Of a DNA stretch of 64,000 nt, positions 1-9,606 are shown in pieces. Below the pieces are notes generated by a model. That model did no database searches. It saw only the letters and a list, made by a program, of their open reading frames with translations, and was not told the DNA's origin. This stretch comes from a virus. The translations under genes and the position numbers were made by a program. The stretch is taken from positions 1 to 64,000 of IMG/VR virus record IMGVR_UViG_3300019888_000002, one strand, 5' to 3'. The first letter of the stretch is position 1; the number at the start of each line of letters is the position of its first letter.

Positions 1-34
1 GAACCGACCTGCTCACAGGAAACCTTCATCAGGC

Positions 35-220
35 TCATCGCCGGTTCCTCGCATCGAGCGCTACATGATCGACCGGCTGCCGAAACGGAGGCATCTCGTC
101 TTCGACCGGAAAGAAGAACCCGATCTCACGATTCCAGGACATGCCGCCCATCGATCGAGTCTCTTCGACAGCCAACACCACCGGCTTGGAGATGGGTGTA
201 TTGGAAGCGTAATCCGCCAT
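35..220 (-). CDS. Hypothetical protein, 61 aa, tail/baseplate region
   Basis: Strong RBS (GAAAGGAG) just upstream of the ATG; co-oriented with the tail operon. Confidence 0.6.
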   Translation of the reverse strand: MADYASNTPISKPVVLAVEETRSMGGMSWNREIGFFFPVEDEMPPFRQPVDHVALDARNRR

Positions 221-238
221 GATCGTTCTCCTTTCGGT

Positions 239-865
239 CTACGGGACCAGCCCACCAGGGATAGGACTGTTAGGGGTACTGGTACCTCGAGGTGTACCCG
301 GCACCCCGGGGATAGGACTCGGGTTCGTCGCGGTACCCGGTGGCGCGCTCTGATCCTTCGGAGTGGGATTCTGATTGTCGGCCTGGGTGGGAGACACCCA
401 GTTGTAGGCGTTGTGCTCGTAGCCGATACCTTCTTTGAGCTTGAACAACTCGGCGTCGAGAGTCTGTGCCGAAGCGATGCCGGAGACATCTTCCTGCACC
501 TTGAAGGTCATCGTGAATTCACGAGCGACCTCGGTCACCTTGTCGTTCAGCGGTATCCCGAGCGCATAGACCGAAAACTTCCAGCCCCGGTTGACGTACT
601 CGAAGACCCCCGGATCACCGGAATCACGCTGATTGACCAGCATGTCCCGGAAGAACAACACGGTCTGATAGAGGTGATCCCAACCGCCTCGACCGGCATG
701 GGCAGTAACGGTGAGACTGTCGATGTTCACGGCGAGCAACTGCACGACCCGGCCGCCGTAGGTCTCGTCCACATACTTGACCAGGTTGAAGGTCCAGGTG
801 ATCGAATTCGGATTGGTACGGAACTGATAGGTGTTCCCCCCATGGGTGAGCGTAGCGAGACCCAT
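239..865 (-). CDS. Tail tube initiator/baseplate-associated protein (putative)
   Basis: Directly follows the tape measure gene; GGAGG RBS; globular N-terminus, Pro-rich C-terminus. Confidence 0.6.
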   Translation of the reverse strand: MGLATLTHGGNTYQFRTNPNSITWTFNLVKYVDETYGGRVVQLLAVNIDSLTVTAHAGRGGWDHLYQTVLFFRDMLVNQRDSGDPGVFEYVNRGWKFSVYALGIPLNDKVTEVAREFTMTFKVQEDVSGIASAQTLDAELFKLKEGIGYEHNAYNWVSPTQADNQNPTPKDQSAPPGTATNPSPIPGVPGTPRGTSTPNSPIPGGLVP

Positions 866-868
866 GGG

Positions 869-3268
869 CTACCTCCCGCCGTTGGGAGCCAACTCGGAAG
901 GAGTGGGGGAGTTGTTCTGAGATCGGTTGTAATTGGAGTCGGCATTGAGCCCGGTGTTGGTACGGGTGGGACTGCCGTTGCCCTTGTCCATCTGGACAAC
1001 GAGCTTCTTGGCCGCGTCGGTGAGGTCCAGCAGGGTGTTCCCCACATTGCCGTTACCGTTGCCCCCCTGCGCTATGGCATCGGACAGGGTCATCATGTCG
1101 CCGCCGTTGATACTGACCTTGCGTTTGCCCTGCGCCACGGCATCGATCATGTCCTTGTTGTTCTGATCGAGTGTCTCTGTGCCGCCGCCTTCCTTCTCCA
1201 CCTCGATGGAACCGCTGCCGTACTTCGTGACAAGTTCCTGAATACGCGGGTTGGCATAGGTGGCGTCCCGATTCTCTTTGCCGGTAGTGAACGCCTTGGT
1301 GGCATCGGTGGTGTTGTGCCAGTCGTGGCCCCCTCCAGTGAAGAGGTCGTGGATGAAACCTCCGGCAACATCGAGAACACCTCTGGCGTCGTCGGCGGGG
1401 TTGCCCGGTCCGGAAGTACCGAGAACAAACTTCTTGAGAGTGCCGGTGAACCCACCGTCCGTCTTGTCGGTGACCTGCTCGTCCTTGGTTTTCACCGCGT
1501 CCCCGGCGCGGTTGGCCTCCTTGACCAGATCCCCCTTGATGGCCAGCTCGAGATAGTGCGTCACGATCTGAATGTCGTCCGAGCCCTTGATGCCGTACAT
1601 CTTCATGATGGTCTGTGCCTGTGAAATCACGGCATAACGCTGCGTGTCGGTCTTGGCAGCGGCCAACTGAGGACCGAGAGACTGAAGTGCCTTCTGGACC
1701 CCTTCCCACATCGTCACATTGACCTGGGACATGTCGCCGCCGACCTTGTCGGAAACAGCGGAAAGCAACATGTCCGGGGCAACACCTTGAAGCCCGTACT
1801 TGGTCCGAAGAGACTGCTGGGCCATGAAATTGGTGTCGAACGTGTTGAACAAGTCGGCCCCTTGACCGGCAAGCATCTTGTCTCCGGAGAACATTTCCCC
1901 CTCGATGGTGCCCATCAACCCTGCCTGCGTGCCCGAGAGCCCACCCTTCACACCCTGCTCGGACACCTTCTGGAAGGTGTCCTGCCGAGACTGAAGCGTG
2001 GCATACCCGTTACCGGCAAGACCCTTCATGGTCTCGAGCTGAGTGTTGAGCGAAGAAATGGACTGTCCACCCTCGATCACGTTGGTATTGAGCAGCTTCA
2101 CGGACTGAGCCACCGACATGTTCATATTCTTCAGGTTCTCGGCCATGAAACCGGTCACCGTGTCGAACTCTTTGCCGGTGTATCCCTCGGTGAGCGCACT
2201 GTTGATGATCTGCCGGGACTGCTCGGTGTTGAGAAACGGGCTCATGGCCATGGCACGGGCCTGCATCTCGTAACCGAAACCTTCGGAGGCACCTCCACCC
2301 CGGATCATGCCCGCGTTCTTGTACTGCTGATACTGCTCACCGATCGACTGACTGGCCTGGAACCCGGCAAGCGCGATCCCGGCAACACCGGCTCCCTTGG
2401 CAATGGTCCCCACGGCCCCCGCAGCGGCACCCATCCGACCCCCTGCGGCTGCCGCTCCCCGGAAGGAGGCTTCGGTGCCGCCCTCCGCGACATGCTGGGC
2501 CAGTGCTGCCCGCTCGATCGCAGCATTGGCTGCGGTTGCTCCGGTACGCGCCAGTCGAGTGGCCGCGTGGAGGTTGCTCGAGCCACCGGCACCCTGCCGG
2601 GTCTCCTGGAGGACCTGGTTGACGAGCCCCTGACCTTGACTGGCATACTGCTGACCCGTGGCCACCCAATCGTTGGGTGCGGTGTTACGTTCCTGAGTGG
2701 GGCTGCCGGGGAACGGGCTCTGTGGTGTTTCGTCCTCGGCCGAAGCGGTACTGCTGCCCCGTCGGCGGCGAGCTGGTGCCCCTTGTGGTGAAGAATCGTC
2801 TCGAGCGGACTGCTCCCCGGTACCACGCTGGGCTCGCATGTTCGCGGCTTGACGTGGGTCCCGTTGCTGAAGATCCTCAACCTGATCCTGCACGTTCTGA
2901 GCGTCGGCTGCGGAGACGATTCCACCTCGAGGGGCCTGTGCCTGTCCGGTGACCACCTCGGCCGCCGAACGCGGACCTGAGCCGAGCCCCCCGGCTGCTC
3001 GACCCGCTGCCGAACCGATCAGAAGAGCATCCTGCCAGCGCGACTGAGCCTGAGACACCCCCTCGAGCAGGTTGGGCATCTCACGGAGGTAATCGATCAC
3101 ATCGGAGTTGGCTCGGGCGATGGCCTCCATGGAGGTCCGAAGATCATCGGCGCGTCGAACCATGGCATCGAGCGATTGGATCGAATCGGCAGGGACATCG
3201 ACAGACAGCCGCGCGGCCACCGTGTCGTCGGTATAGGAGAAGGAGTCACCGGGAGTGGTCACTGCCAC
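869..3268 (-). CDS. Tape measure protein (putative), 799 aa
   Basis: Immediately downstream of the frameshifted chaperone pair; Ala/Gly/Gln-rich, largely helical composition. Confidence 0.7.
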   Translation of the reverse strand: MAVTTPGDSFSYTDDTVAARLSVDVPADSIQSLDAMVRRADDLRTSMEAIARANSDVIDYLREMPNLLEGVSQAQSRWQDALLIGSAAGRAAGGLGSGPRSAAEVVTGQAQAPRGGIVSAADAQNVQDQVEDLQQRDPRQAANMRAQRGTGEQSARDDSSPQGAPARRRRGSSTASAEDETPQSPFPGSPTQERNTAPNDWVATGQQYASQGQGLVNQVLQETRQGAGGSSNLHAATRLARTGATAANAAIERAALAQHVAEGGTEASFRGAAAAGGRMGAAAGAVGTIAKGAGVAGIALAGFQASQSIGEQYQQYKNAGMIRGGGASEGFGYEMQARAMAMSPFLNTEQSRQIINSALTEGYTGKEFDTVTGFMAENLKNMNMSVAQSVKLLNTNVIEGGQSISSLNTQLETMKGLAGNGYATLQSRQDTFQKVSEQGVKGGLSGTQAGLMGTIEGEMFSGDKMLAGQGADLFNTFDTNFMAQQSLRTKYGLQGVAPDMLLSAVSDKVGGDMSQVNVTMWEGVQKALQSLGPQLAAAKTDTQRYAVISQAQTIMKMYGIKGSDDIQIVTHYLELAIKGDLVKEANRAGDAVKTKDEQVTDKTDGGFTGTLKKFVLGTSGPGNPADDARGVLDVAGGFIHDLFTGGGHDWHNTTDATKAFTTGKENRDATYANPRIQELVTKYGSGSIEVEKEGGGTETLDQNNKDMIDAVAQGKRKVSINGGDMMTLSDAIAQGGNGNGNVGNTLLDLTDAAKKLVVQMDKGNGSPTRTNTGLNADSNYNRSQNNSPTPSELAPNGGR

Positions 3269-3630
3269 TCACCCCACTGTGGACTGTCTTCACCAGGAAG
3301 ATCGCCTGCGTTGACAGACTTCTTCTCATCGATATTCCTGAGGTATTTGTCGATCTCGTCAATGTCGGAGGAATCCATCGGCACTCCTTCCTCTTCCAGA
3401 TCGACCTCCGGTGCCACATACAGGTCCCGGAATCTCTTGGGGTCCAGCATAAAGAGCAGATTCTTCAGAGCCGACTCTTGCACCTCACCAAGGAACCAAC
3501 GCTGGTAACTCATGTGATAGATCAGAGCCCAGCGCTGCACCGGACTGATACTGCGACCCTGAAGCAACCCCTGCTCGTAGGCCAAACGCACTTCCAACTC
3601 GGAAAGTGGGTCCAGCCTTACAGTTTTCCC
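3259..3630 (-). CDS. Tail assembly chaperone, -1 frameshift extension (G-T fusion, T portion)
   Basis: Open -1 frame ...GKTVRLDPLSELEV... begins at the GGGAAAA slippery site at the 3' end of 3618..4160. Confidence 0.8.
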   Translation of the reverse strand, partial: GKTVRLDPLSELEVRLAYEQGLLQGRSISPVQRWALIYHMSYQRWFLGEVQESALKNLLFMLDPKRFRDLYVAPEVDLEEEGVPMDSSDIDEIDKYLRNIDEKKSVNAGDLPGEDSPQWGEWQ

Positions 3631-4160
3631 AGCTTCTCCAGCAGTCCCCTGAACTCCTGCTCCGCCTCCAACACCTCCTTGTAGATGTACTGCACCACCA
3701 AGGGGTACAACGAGCGAGCCTTGTCCAACTTCTGCTGGAACAACATCTCGGGAGCCGGGTTCTCGGTGAGCGTGTTCTCCCAAGACTCGTTGTCGACAGT
3801 GCGCATCGCCGCTGCCACCGTGGCCGTCTGATACGCACGCGGATAGGCGTTGGTGTTCTCGTCGGCCTTACACTCCCGGTACACCCGGATCTCGTCGTCG
3901 GAGTTCAGGGTGCAAACGGTGACCTTGTGTTCGAACAAGGTGAAGGTACGGGTCCGGCGACCAAGAGTCATCAAGTCACGCAACTGATCCCGTTCTTCCG
4001 GGGTGAGTTCGGTGACCTTCGACGCGGCGGTCGGTGGCGCGGCCTCGACCTCGGAATCGTCATCGACCCGAACCCGATCCTCTACGGGGGGATCTTGCTT
4101 CGGAGGAGAGAGAGCGTCCTGCTCGGCCTCATCGACTACTACGGCTTCTTCGGTCGCCAC
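3618..4160 (-). CDS. Tail assembly chaperone (G portion), 180 aa
   Basis: Between tube and tape measure genes; acidic; ends LGKL at the slippery site. Confidence 0.8.
   Translation of the reverse strand: MATEEAVVVDEAEQDALSPPKQDPPVEDRVRVDDDSEVEAAPPTAASKVTELTPEERDQLRDLMTLGRRTRTFTLFEHKVTVCTLNSDDEIRVYRECKADENTNAYPRAYQTATVAAAMRTVDNESWENTLTENPAPEMLFQQKLDKARSLYPLVVQYIYKEVLEAEQEFRGLLEKLGKL
3624..3630 (-). other. Programmed -1 ribosomal frameshift slippery site G GGA AAA
   Basis: Minus strand reads CTG GGA AAA CTG TAA; XXXYYYZ heptamer; -1 frame stays open to 3259. Confidence 0.85.
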
Positions 4161-4279
4161 TCGTGTTCCTTCTGCTCCCGGGAGCGCATCACCTCGAGGC
4201 GCTCATCGATCAGTTCCTGTGTCTTCACCGGAGGGGGACGCTTCCTCAACTCCCGGTCGATGTCTTCGAGGCTGCGCAT
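4139..4279 (-). CDS. Small hypothetical protein, 46 aa (MRSLEDIDRELRK...)
   Basis: Manual translation, below the ORF-track cutoff; fills the gap and overlaps the chaperone start. Confidence 0.4.
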   Translation of the reverse strand: MRSLEDIDRELRKRPPPVKTQELIDERLEVMRSREQKEHEWRPKKP

Positions 4280-4294
4280 GAGAAAAGACCCGGA

Positions 4295-4453
4295 TCAGCT
4301 GCTGAGCATCCCCGGAGTCACCCGAGGGCCAGCAAGAAGGTCCCGTACCTCGGCGAGATCGGGAAGCTCGACGGACGCCTCGTGCTCTTCTCCACGGTCC
4401 TGCACCGCTTCGGTGAAGGCGTAGTACTCCGACTGTCGTTCGATACCGGACAT
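4295..4453 (-). CDS. Small hypothetical protein, 52 aa (MSGIERQSEYY...)
   Basis: ATG 2 nt after the upstream stop; in frame with track ORF 4295..4552. Confidence 0.45.
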   Translation of the reverse strand: MSGIERQSEYYAFTEAVQDRGEEHEASVELPDLAEVRDLLAGPRVTPGMLSS

Positions 4454-4455
4454 GT

Positions 4456-4611
4456 CTAATACCACCGTGCCCGACCGCCGATAGGACGACCGGTGGAACC
4501 GAGAATCCACAAGATCGCACCGAGCACCAACAGGACGATGCCGATGTACCACAGGACCGGGATGGCCAGGAGGAAGCCGACCACCAGCAAGATAATCCCA
4601 ATTACTATCAT
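4456..4611 (-). CDS. Small two-helix membrane protein, 51 aa (resembles the actinobacterial DUF6131 family)
   Basis: Manual translation MIVIGIILLVVGFLLAIPVLWYIGIVLLVLGAILWILGSTGRPIGGRARWY; purine-rich RBS; family name recalled from memory. Confidence 0.7.
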   Translation of the reverse strand: MIVIGIILLVVGFLLAIPVLWYIGIVLLVLGAILWILGSTGRPIGGRARWY

Positions 4612-4673
4612 CGGGTCCCTTCTTTCGTTGTCACCTCACCGTACCGGATATGTACCCGTTATACAGGCAACTG

Positions 4674-5144
4674 TCAGACCGCCGACGTGTGGGTGTACGC
4701 GATCTGAATGGTCTTCGGAAGCGTCATCGATCCGATGTTGACGGTCTCTCCCTCGTTCACATCGGTGATCACGCAGTTGTAGTAGACCCTGGCGCGCATG
4801 ACCCCGGTCGGAGACTTGATCACCTTCCGGCAGGTGATGGCCCCGAGAGTGATCTGCCGCTTGAGCACGTCGAGCAGGTTGTTGGTGCCCTCGAAACCGG
4901 GGAGCTGTGCCCAGACAGGGGTATTCCACAGTTCGTAGAACTGAAGAGACAACACACCTCCACGCACGGCCTGAGCCGTCACGATCTCCAACGGCACCGG
5001 CTCGTCCAGAGGCTGCACCTCTTCGGCCTGCGCTACCGGCTGGGGTGTCCTGTCCCCCACCTCGCGGAGGTAGGCCAACCGTGTGCCCTGAAAGGACAAC
5101 ACGGTGAACCCGGACCCTGCGACCCTTACCTTGGGCTCAGTCAT
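4674..5144 (-). CDS. Tail tube protein
   Basis: 156 aa directly after the sheath gene; beta-rich, typical tube size and position. Confidence 0.85.
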   Translation of the reverse strand: MTEPKVRVAGSGFTVLSFQGTRLAYLREVGDRTPQPVAQAEEVQPLDEPVPLEIVTAQAVRGGVLSLQFYELWNTPVWAQLPGFEGTNNLLDVLKRQITLGAITCRKVIKSPTGVMRARVYYNCVITDVNEGETVNIGSMTLPKTIQIAYTHTSAV

Positions 5145-5174
5145 TGCTACTTACCTCCACGATGTCCGTTCCCA

Positions 5175-6614
5175 TCAGAGCGACGTACTGATCTCACCCT
5201 GAGTGACGTTGAGCGAATACCGCACCACCAGGTAGTTCAGCGGCAGGGCTGCGAGCCACTCGTAACGCACCTCGATCACGTCCGGCTGAGTGTCGAGCTG
5301 ACGTACCTTGAGCTGTGCGTAGTTCCGGATCACTCCGTCACGAACCAAGGACTGAAGCGCAGCATCCACCGATGCCTTGACGTTGATCATGGTCAGATCG
5401 GTGATGATCGCCCCGAGCAGCCGGTCGTTGTCCAGATACTCCCGCAGCCGGAAGATCATGGCGTCTTCCTGACCGATGATCGACCACTCCCGAGTGAGCG
5501 TGTCCTGCGGATTGGTGGTGACCCCGTGACGGACCCGGGTGAGATTGCTGCGGGTCTTCTCGATGACCATCAAACCGTTCTGGGACTCCAGATTCTTCTG
5601 ACCCTCGGCCGTCTTCTCACCGAGATCGGAGAAACCCACCACCTGACGACGGGTAAGCGGCATCGCCGAGTTCTGACTGACCGAGATACCGGCGACGGCG
5701 GCTGCCAGGAAATGACTGCCGAGCGTGATCTCCTTGTTCAGTTCCGGGACAAAATACTTCATCGTGGCCGGAGAGACCATGGCGACTCTGCTGTTGTGGA
5801 TGGCCTGGGCATCGGCGATACGCTGCGCACTCGAGACCGGAGTGGCCGAGCCGTCACGGCCGACGATCGCTCGACGTTCGTACCGGTTGGACGACTGTTG
5901 GTTCACATGCGCCTGCACGATCGTCTGAATCTGTTGCATCCCGGTGGCCGGGACGACGATCGAAATATCGGGCTCGTCCTTGAGCTTGTCCAGAGCCACC
6001 TGATAATCGGCCAGTGTCGGCGTGGCCGGTGTCACCGGATCGACGGCCACAGCGATGATGGTCTGCGCCCCGTTGGTGAAGGCGAAACGAGCAGCCAGAC
6101 TCAGCTCGGACTGAAGCTGACCGGCTGCGTCGTACGGGGTGCCATAAGCATCCCGGAAATCGTCGTAGTCATAGAACGAATAGGGCTGGAAATAGTCGGA
6201 ATTGACGTAGCTGTAGGACACCTGCACGCTGTCGGCCGGGTGAATGTGTCCCCCCGTGATCACCCGCTGAATGGAATACAGATCGTCTCGAGTCCCGGCC
6301 TGGGCATCGGCTCCGACAGTGATCGTGTTGACGGTGTAGTCCACATTGAGCTGCCACACCTGACCGGAATCGGAGTTACGCACCACGATGGTGTCCGTGC
6401 GGATACCGGCCTGCCGAAGGGTGCGGTTGACTGCCGGTGTGCTGGCGTCGACATCGGGATCGATCACCAATGTTTCGGTATCGGTACGGTACCCAACCGA
6501 CATCCCGAAGATACCGACCGAGGTCGGTGTCAGCGACTGGACCGACAGCTGTGGTCCAGGCACAGCCTCCGTATAAACCCCTGGTGGTAAATAGCGGGTA
6601 AAGTCCAGCGCCAT
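5175..6614 (-). CDS. Tail sheath protein
   Basis: 479 aa; N-terminal YLPPGVYTE motif, sheath-like C-terminus (GVIRNY...IEVRYEW...PLNYLVVRY). Confidence 0.92.
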   Translation of the reverse strand: MALDFTRYLPPGVYTEAVPGPQLSVQSLTPTSVGIFGMSVGYRTDTETLVIDPDVDASTPAVNRTLRQAGIRTDTIVVRNSDSGQVWQLNVDYTVNTITVGADAQAGTRDDLYSIQRVITGGHIHPADSVQVSYSYVNSDYFQPYSFYDYDDFRDAYGTPYDAAGQLQSELSLAARFAFTNGAQTIIAVAVDPVTPATPTLADYQVALDKLKDEPDISIVVPATGMQQIQTIVQAHVNQQSSNRYERRAIVGRDGSATPVSSAQRIADAQAIHNSRVAMVSPATMKYFVPELNKEITLGSHFLAAAVAGISVSQNSAMPLTRRQVVGFSDLGEKTAEGQKNLESQNGLMVIEKTRSNLTRVRHGVTTNPQDTLTREWSIIGQEDAMIFRLREYLDNDRLLGAIITDLTMINVKASVDAALQSLVRDGVIRNYAQLKVRQLDTQPDVIEVRYEWLAALPLNYLVVRYSLNVTQGEISTSL

Positions 6615-6693
6615 TAGAGACCTCCTTCTGATCCTGCGGTCGTCTCGCTACTTCTGGTCGAAGCCCTAGACAATTCCAGCGTTCGGTTCATGG

Positions 6694-7371
6694 TCACATC
6701 CACTCCCCCGGCACCGGCACACCCTTAGGGGTGACGTTCTCGGGGATCACATCGATCCGAGACAGCCGGTACAGACCGGTGGAATCGGCCACCGACTGGA
6801 ACTCGCCGATGATGTCGAACCCGATGTTGTCCTCGTAGACCAACAGTTCCGGGTCCCACGGGGTACCGACGGTGACAGACTGCCCCCCGGGACGCAGCTC
6901 GTCGGCATTGACGGCAATAGCCACATACGGGTTGGCGGCGAAACTGGCATACATCGGGCTCCGACTCTCCTTGGTCACGGGATCGATCCCGGTGTCCTGA
7001 AAGGCCAGACTGCTGATCACCGAGTCGGTGATCCTGTCCCGTTCCAGTGAGGTCAAAGCCAGAATGGTCAGCGACACTCGGCCCTCGTAGTACCACTGCT
7101 TGGTGAGGTTGCCCTCCGGGGTGATGGTCTCGTGACCGATCCCGGAGGTCCGCAACACCGAGGTGGAGAACTGCACGAAGATATTGGGGTAGGTCTCGGC
7201 GCTGGCCGGATACTCCATGTCCACATGCACCTGGGACTGGTCGGTGGTCAGCGAGGTCCCGATGAACAGGGTGCGCAGCGCGACGATGACACCCTTCTTG
7301 ACCCCTTCGATCATGCCGCCAGCACTGTTGGGGGCGACCTCGAGCCCGGGAAACTCCATATGGCTAGACAT
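6694..7371 (-). CDS. Tail completion/terminator protein (putative)
   Basis: 225 aa immediately upstream of sheath; typical position. Confidence 0.55.
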   Translation of the reverse strand: MSSHMEFPGLEVAPNSAGGMIEGVKKGVIVALRTLFIGTSLTTDQSQVHVDMEYPASAETYPNIFVQFSTSVLRTSGIGHETITPEGNLTKQWYYEGRVSLTILALTSLERDRITDSVISSLAFQDTGIDPVTKESRSPMYASFAANPYVAIAVNADELRPGGQSVTVGTPWDPELLVYEDNIGFDIIGEFQSVADSTGLYRLSRIDVIPENVTPKGVPVPGEWM

Positions 7372-7822
7372 CGGGAGCCTTGAACCCTTCGATCACACTG
7401 CGGCGCAACATCGGCCTGGACTCGAGAATGGCCCGGCTGATGGAGTTCTCCAGAAACTTCTGCGGCTCGATCCCGGGATGCCGCCACCGTTGCTGTCTCC
7501 AGATGGAGCCCCTGATCGGGTTGTTCTTGCGGTCTTGATAACCCATCCCGGGGAGCCCGACACCCTTGACACGGAACAGGTGACCCTTGATCGGGACGGT
7601 CTTTCCCTCGAGTGCCGTCATGAGGAACGGCCGAATGCCCTTGTTCTGATACATCAGATGCTTGGCGGTAGCCCGGATGGCGACATGACCGACCGACGGC
7701 GCGGCCTCGATCGCCTGAGAGGTGCGGTCCGACCAGCCACGGCGAGCCATGTTCTGCCGGGCCAGAACCACAGCCCGCTCGGAGATGACCCGACTCAGGG
7801 GGAGCGAGATGGGCTCACGCAT
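7364..7822 (-). CDS. Neck/virion morphogenesis protein (putative), start revised to ATG 7822
   Basis: Basic 152-aa protein (RHPGIEPQKFLE resembles HK97 gp10-like C-termini); overlaps neighbours on both sides. Confidence 0.55.
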   Translation of the reverse strand: MREPISLPLSRVISERAVVLARQNMARRGWSDRTSQAIEAAPSVGHVAIRATAKHLMYQNKGIRPFLMTALEGKTVPIKGHLFRVKGVGLPGMGYQDRKNNPIRGSIWRQQRWRHPGIEPQKFLENSISRAILESRPMLRRSVIEGFKAPDV

Positions 7823-8546
7823 TGTCGGGCTCCAGATCGTATTTCTTCTCGCTGACGATATCGAGATACTTGTCCCCGAACTCGGCTCCAACGGTGTTGA
7901 ACTGAGTCGGTGGGCCTTCCCCGTAGAACCACTTCGGCTCCCGCACCCACGGTGGAAGAACATCCTCGGCCTGCGGAATCGAATCCATCGGAATCGGTAT
8001 CCGATAGGCCACATGCTCGGGCTTGAGCATGTTGACCGGGCATCTCTGACCCACTCGATCGTTGTCGTCCTGAGCGACCTGATTACCGGTGCGCAGACTC
8101 TCGTCGGTGACGACACCGACGACATACCGATCGGACAGTTCCACCGGCCGATGATCCGGGGACCATTTCGACACCCGAACCAGATAATCGTTCTGCATCA
8201 GATCGATGCTGGCCTCGAGCTGGACATTACGATTGTCGGGCTGCCATTCGCCCCGCTTCCGACGAAGCTCGTTACCGTCGTTCACGGTGAATATGGCCCA
8301 GGACCGAAGCATCTTCTTGATACCACCCTCGAAGGTGGTGCCGTAGCAGACATCGCAACTGAACTGTCCGGATGCCTTGTAGATGTCGTCATAACAGTTA
8401 GGACAGCGACCCTGTGTCCCCTCATCCGTGGTCGCATGGAACATCTGAAGAAGAATGACTTCCTCTCCGTGTGACTGCATTGCCTCCCGGACATTCTTGC
8501 GAAGGTTCCGAATGGCGAATGGTTCGACAAGATCGAGACGACCCAT
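7815..8546 (-). CDS. Head closure/stopper-region protein with CxxC...CxxC Zn motif
   Basis: RCPNC...CDVCYGT motif; in the head-tail joining block. Confidence 0.6.
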   Translation of the reverse strand: MGRLDLVEPFAIRNLRKNVREAMQSHGEEVILLQMFHATTDEGTQGRCPNCYDDIYKASGQFSCDVCYGTTFEGGIKKMLRSWAIFTVNDGNELRRKRGEWQPDNRNVQLEASIDLMQNDYLVRVSKWSPDHRPVELSDRYVVGVVTDESLRTGNQVAQDDNDRVGQRCPVNMLKPEHVAYRIPIPMDSIPQAEDVLPPWVREPKWFYGEGPPTQFNTVGAEFGDKYLDIVSEKKYDLEPDNA

Positions 8547-8549
8547 GGT

Positions 8550-9572
8550 TCACCGATTCCAGATGCCGGGCGAGGAACCGTTGATGCCGTTGACGATGCC
8601 GATGGCAGCGGTGGCGGGGTAGAACCGGTAACTGCGCACCTGCGCGGCGTAGGTTCCGGCCATGAAAATACCGTTGACCCCGCCGCCGTAGATGCCACCG
8701 GACACCAACAACGATCCTTGGGCGAGACCGAGCAGCCTGCGTTTGGCCAGCTTGAACGCCGGGTCGAACTCACGCTTCTCGTCGTCGTAGATGCCCTTCC
8801 AGCGCTGAAGATAGTCACGACGATCGGTATAGGTCACCTGCATGTTCTTGAAATCCGGTTGCTCGACATAGCTCCGCATGAAGTGTTTGAGCACCTCGAG
8901 ATAGAGCCCGAACACCAGCATCCCCCGGATGTAGTCGGGGACCTGTTCCCCGTCGTCCCCGGTGCCCACGGTCCAGCTCGTCGTGGGGTTCCCGATGAAA
9001 TTGAGCCGAGTCACGGTGACGTTCAGCAGCTGCGCAAGCCGCTCGTAGTTGTAATGGGTCTGGAAGTTCTCCAGCAGATTGGGGCCACCCTCGGTGGAGT
9101 CGAAGAGATCTCCGAACATCCAACTGACCTGCTGCACGGTGAACCGCTCGTAGTCCCGCAGCAACTCGTAGTTGGGCATCGGCTCCATGATGGTGATGTT
9201 GTCGGTGTAGGAGAACACCAGATCACCGATCTTGTAGCGCCACAACGCGGTGAGATTGCCCAGAACATCGGTGACATCGGGACCCAGCTCGACGTAATAC
9301 CGGCCGACGTCCTCCTTGATGATCTTGGCATCGCCAGTAGGCAACTCCAGAATCATCACCCCGAGCGCGTCGGTCTCGTTATAGGTGTCGAAATCGTTCT
9401 TCCGGAACAGCCGGAGACTCAGCTCGTCGGGGTCCACTCGACCGGTCTTGGACCTGATCTCGAGACCGAGGTCACCGTAGCCACCCTGGGAGACCTGCTT
9501 GCGCACCACGGAAGCCTGCCGGAGCTTCGGAGAGAAAACTCCGGTCCCCACCACCGTAATCGGACTGGTCAT
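8550..9572 (-). CDS. Head-to-tail adaptor (putative), 340 aa
   Basis: First gene of the neck block; globular; GGAGGG RBS. Confidence 0.6.
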   Translation of the reverse strand: MTSPITVVGTGVFSPKLRQASVVRKQVSQGGYGDLGLEIRSKTGRVDPDELSLRLFRKNDFDTYNETDALGVMILELPTGDAKIIKEDVGRYYVELGPDVTDVLGNLTALWRYKIGDLVFSYTDNITIMEPMPNYELLRDYERFTVQQVSWMFGDLFDSTEGGPNLLENFQTHYNYERLAQLLNVTVTRLNFIGNPTTSWTVGTGDDGEQVPDYIRGMLVFGLYLEVLKHFMRSYVEQPDFKNMQVTYTDRRDYLQRWKGIYDDEKREFDPAFKLAKRRLLGLAQGSLLVSGGIYGGGVNGIFMAGTYAAQVRSYRFYPATAAIGIVNGINGSSPGIWNR

Positions 9573-9606
9573 CGCTCTCGACCCTCCAGTTCTCGCCGAC
9601 TCTTCG

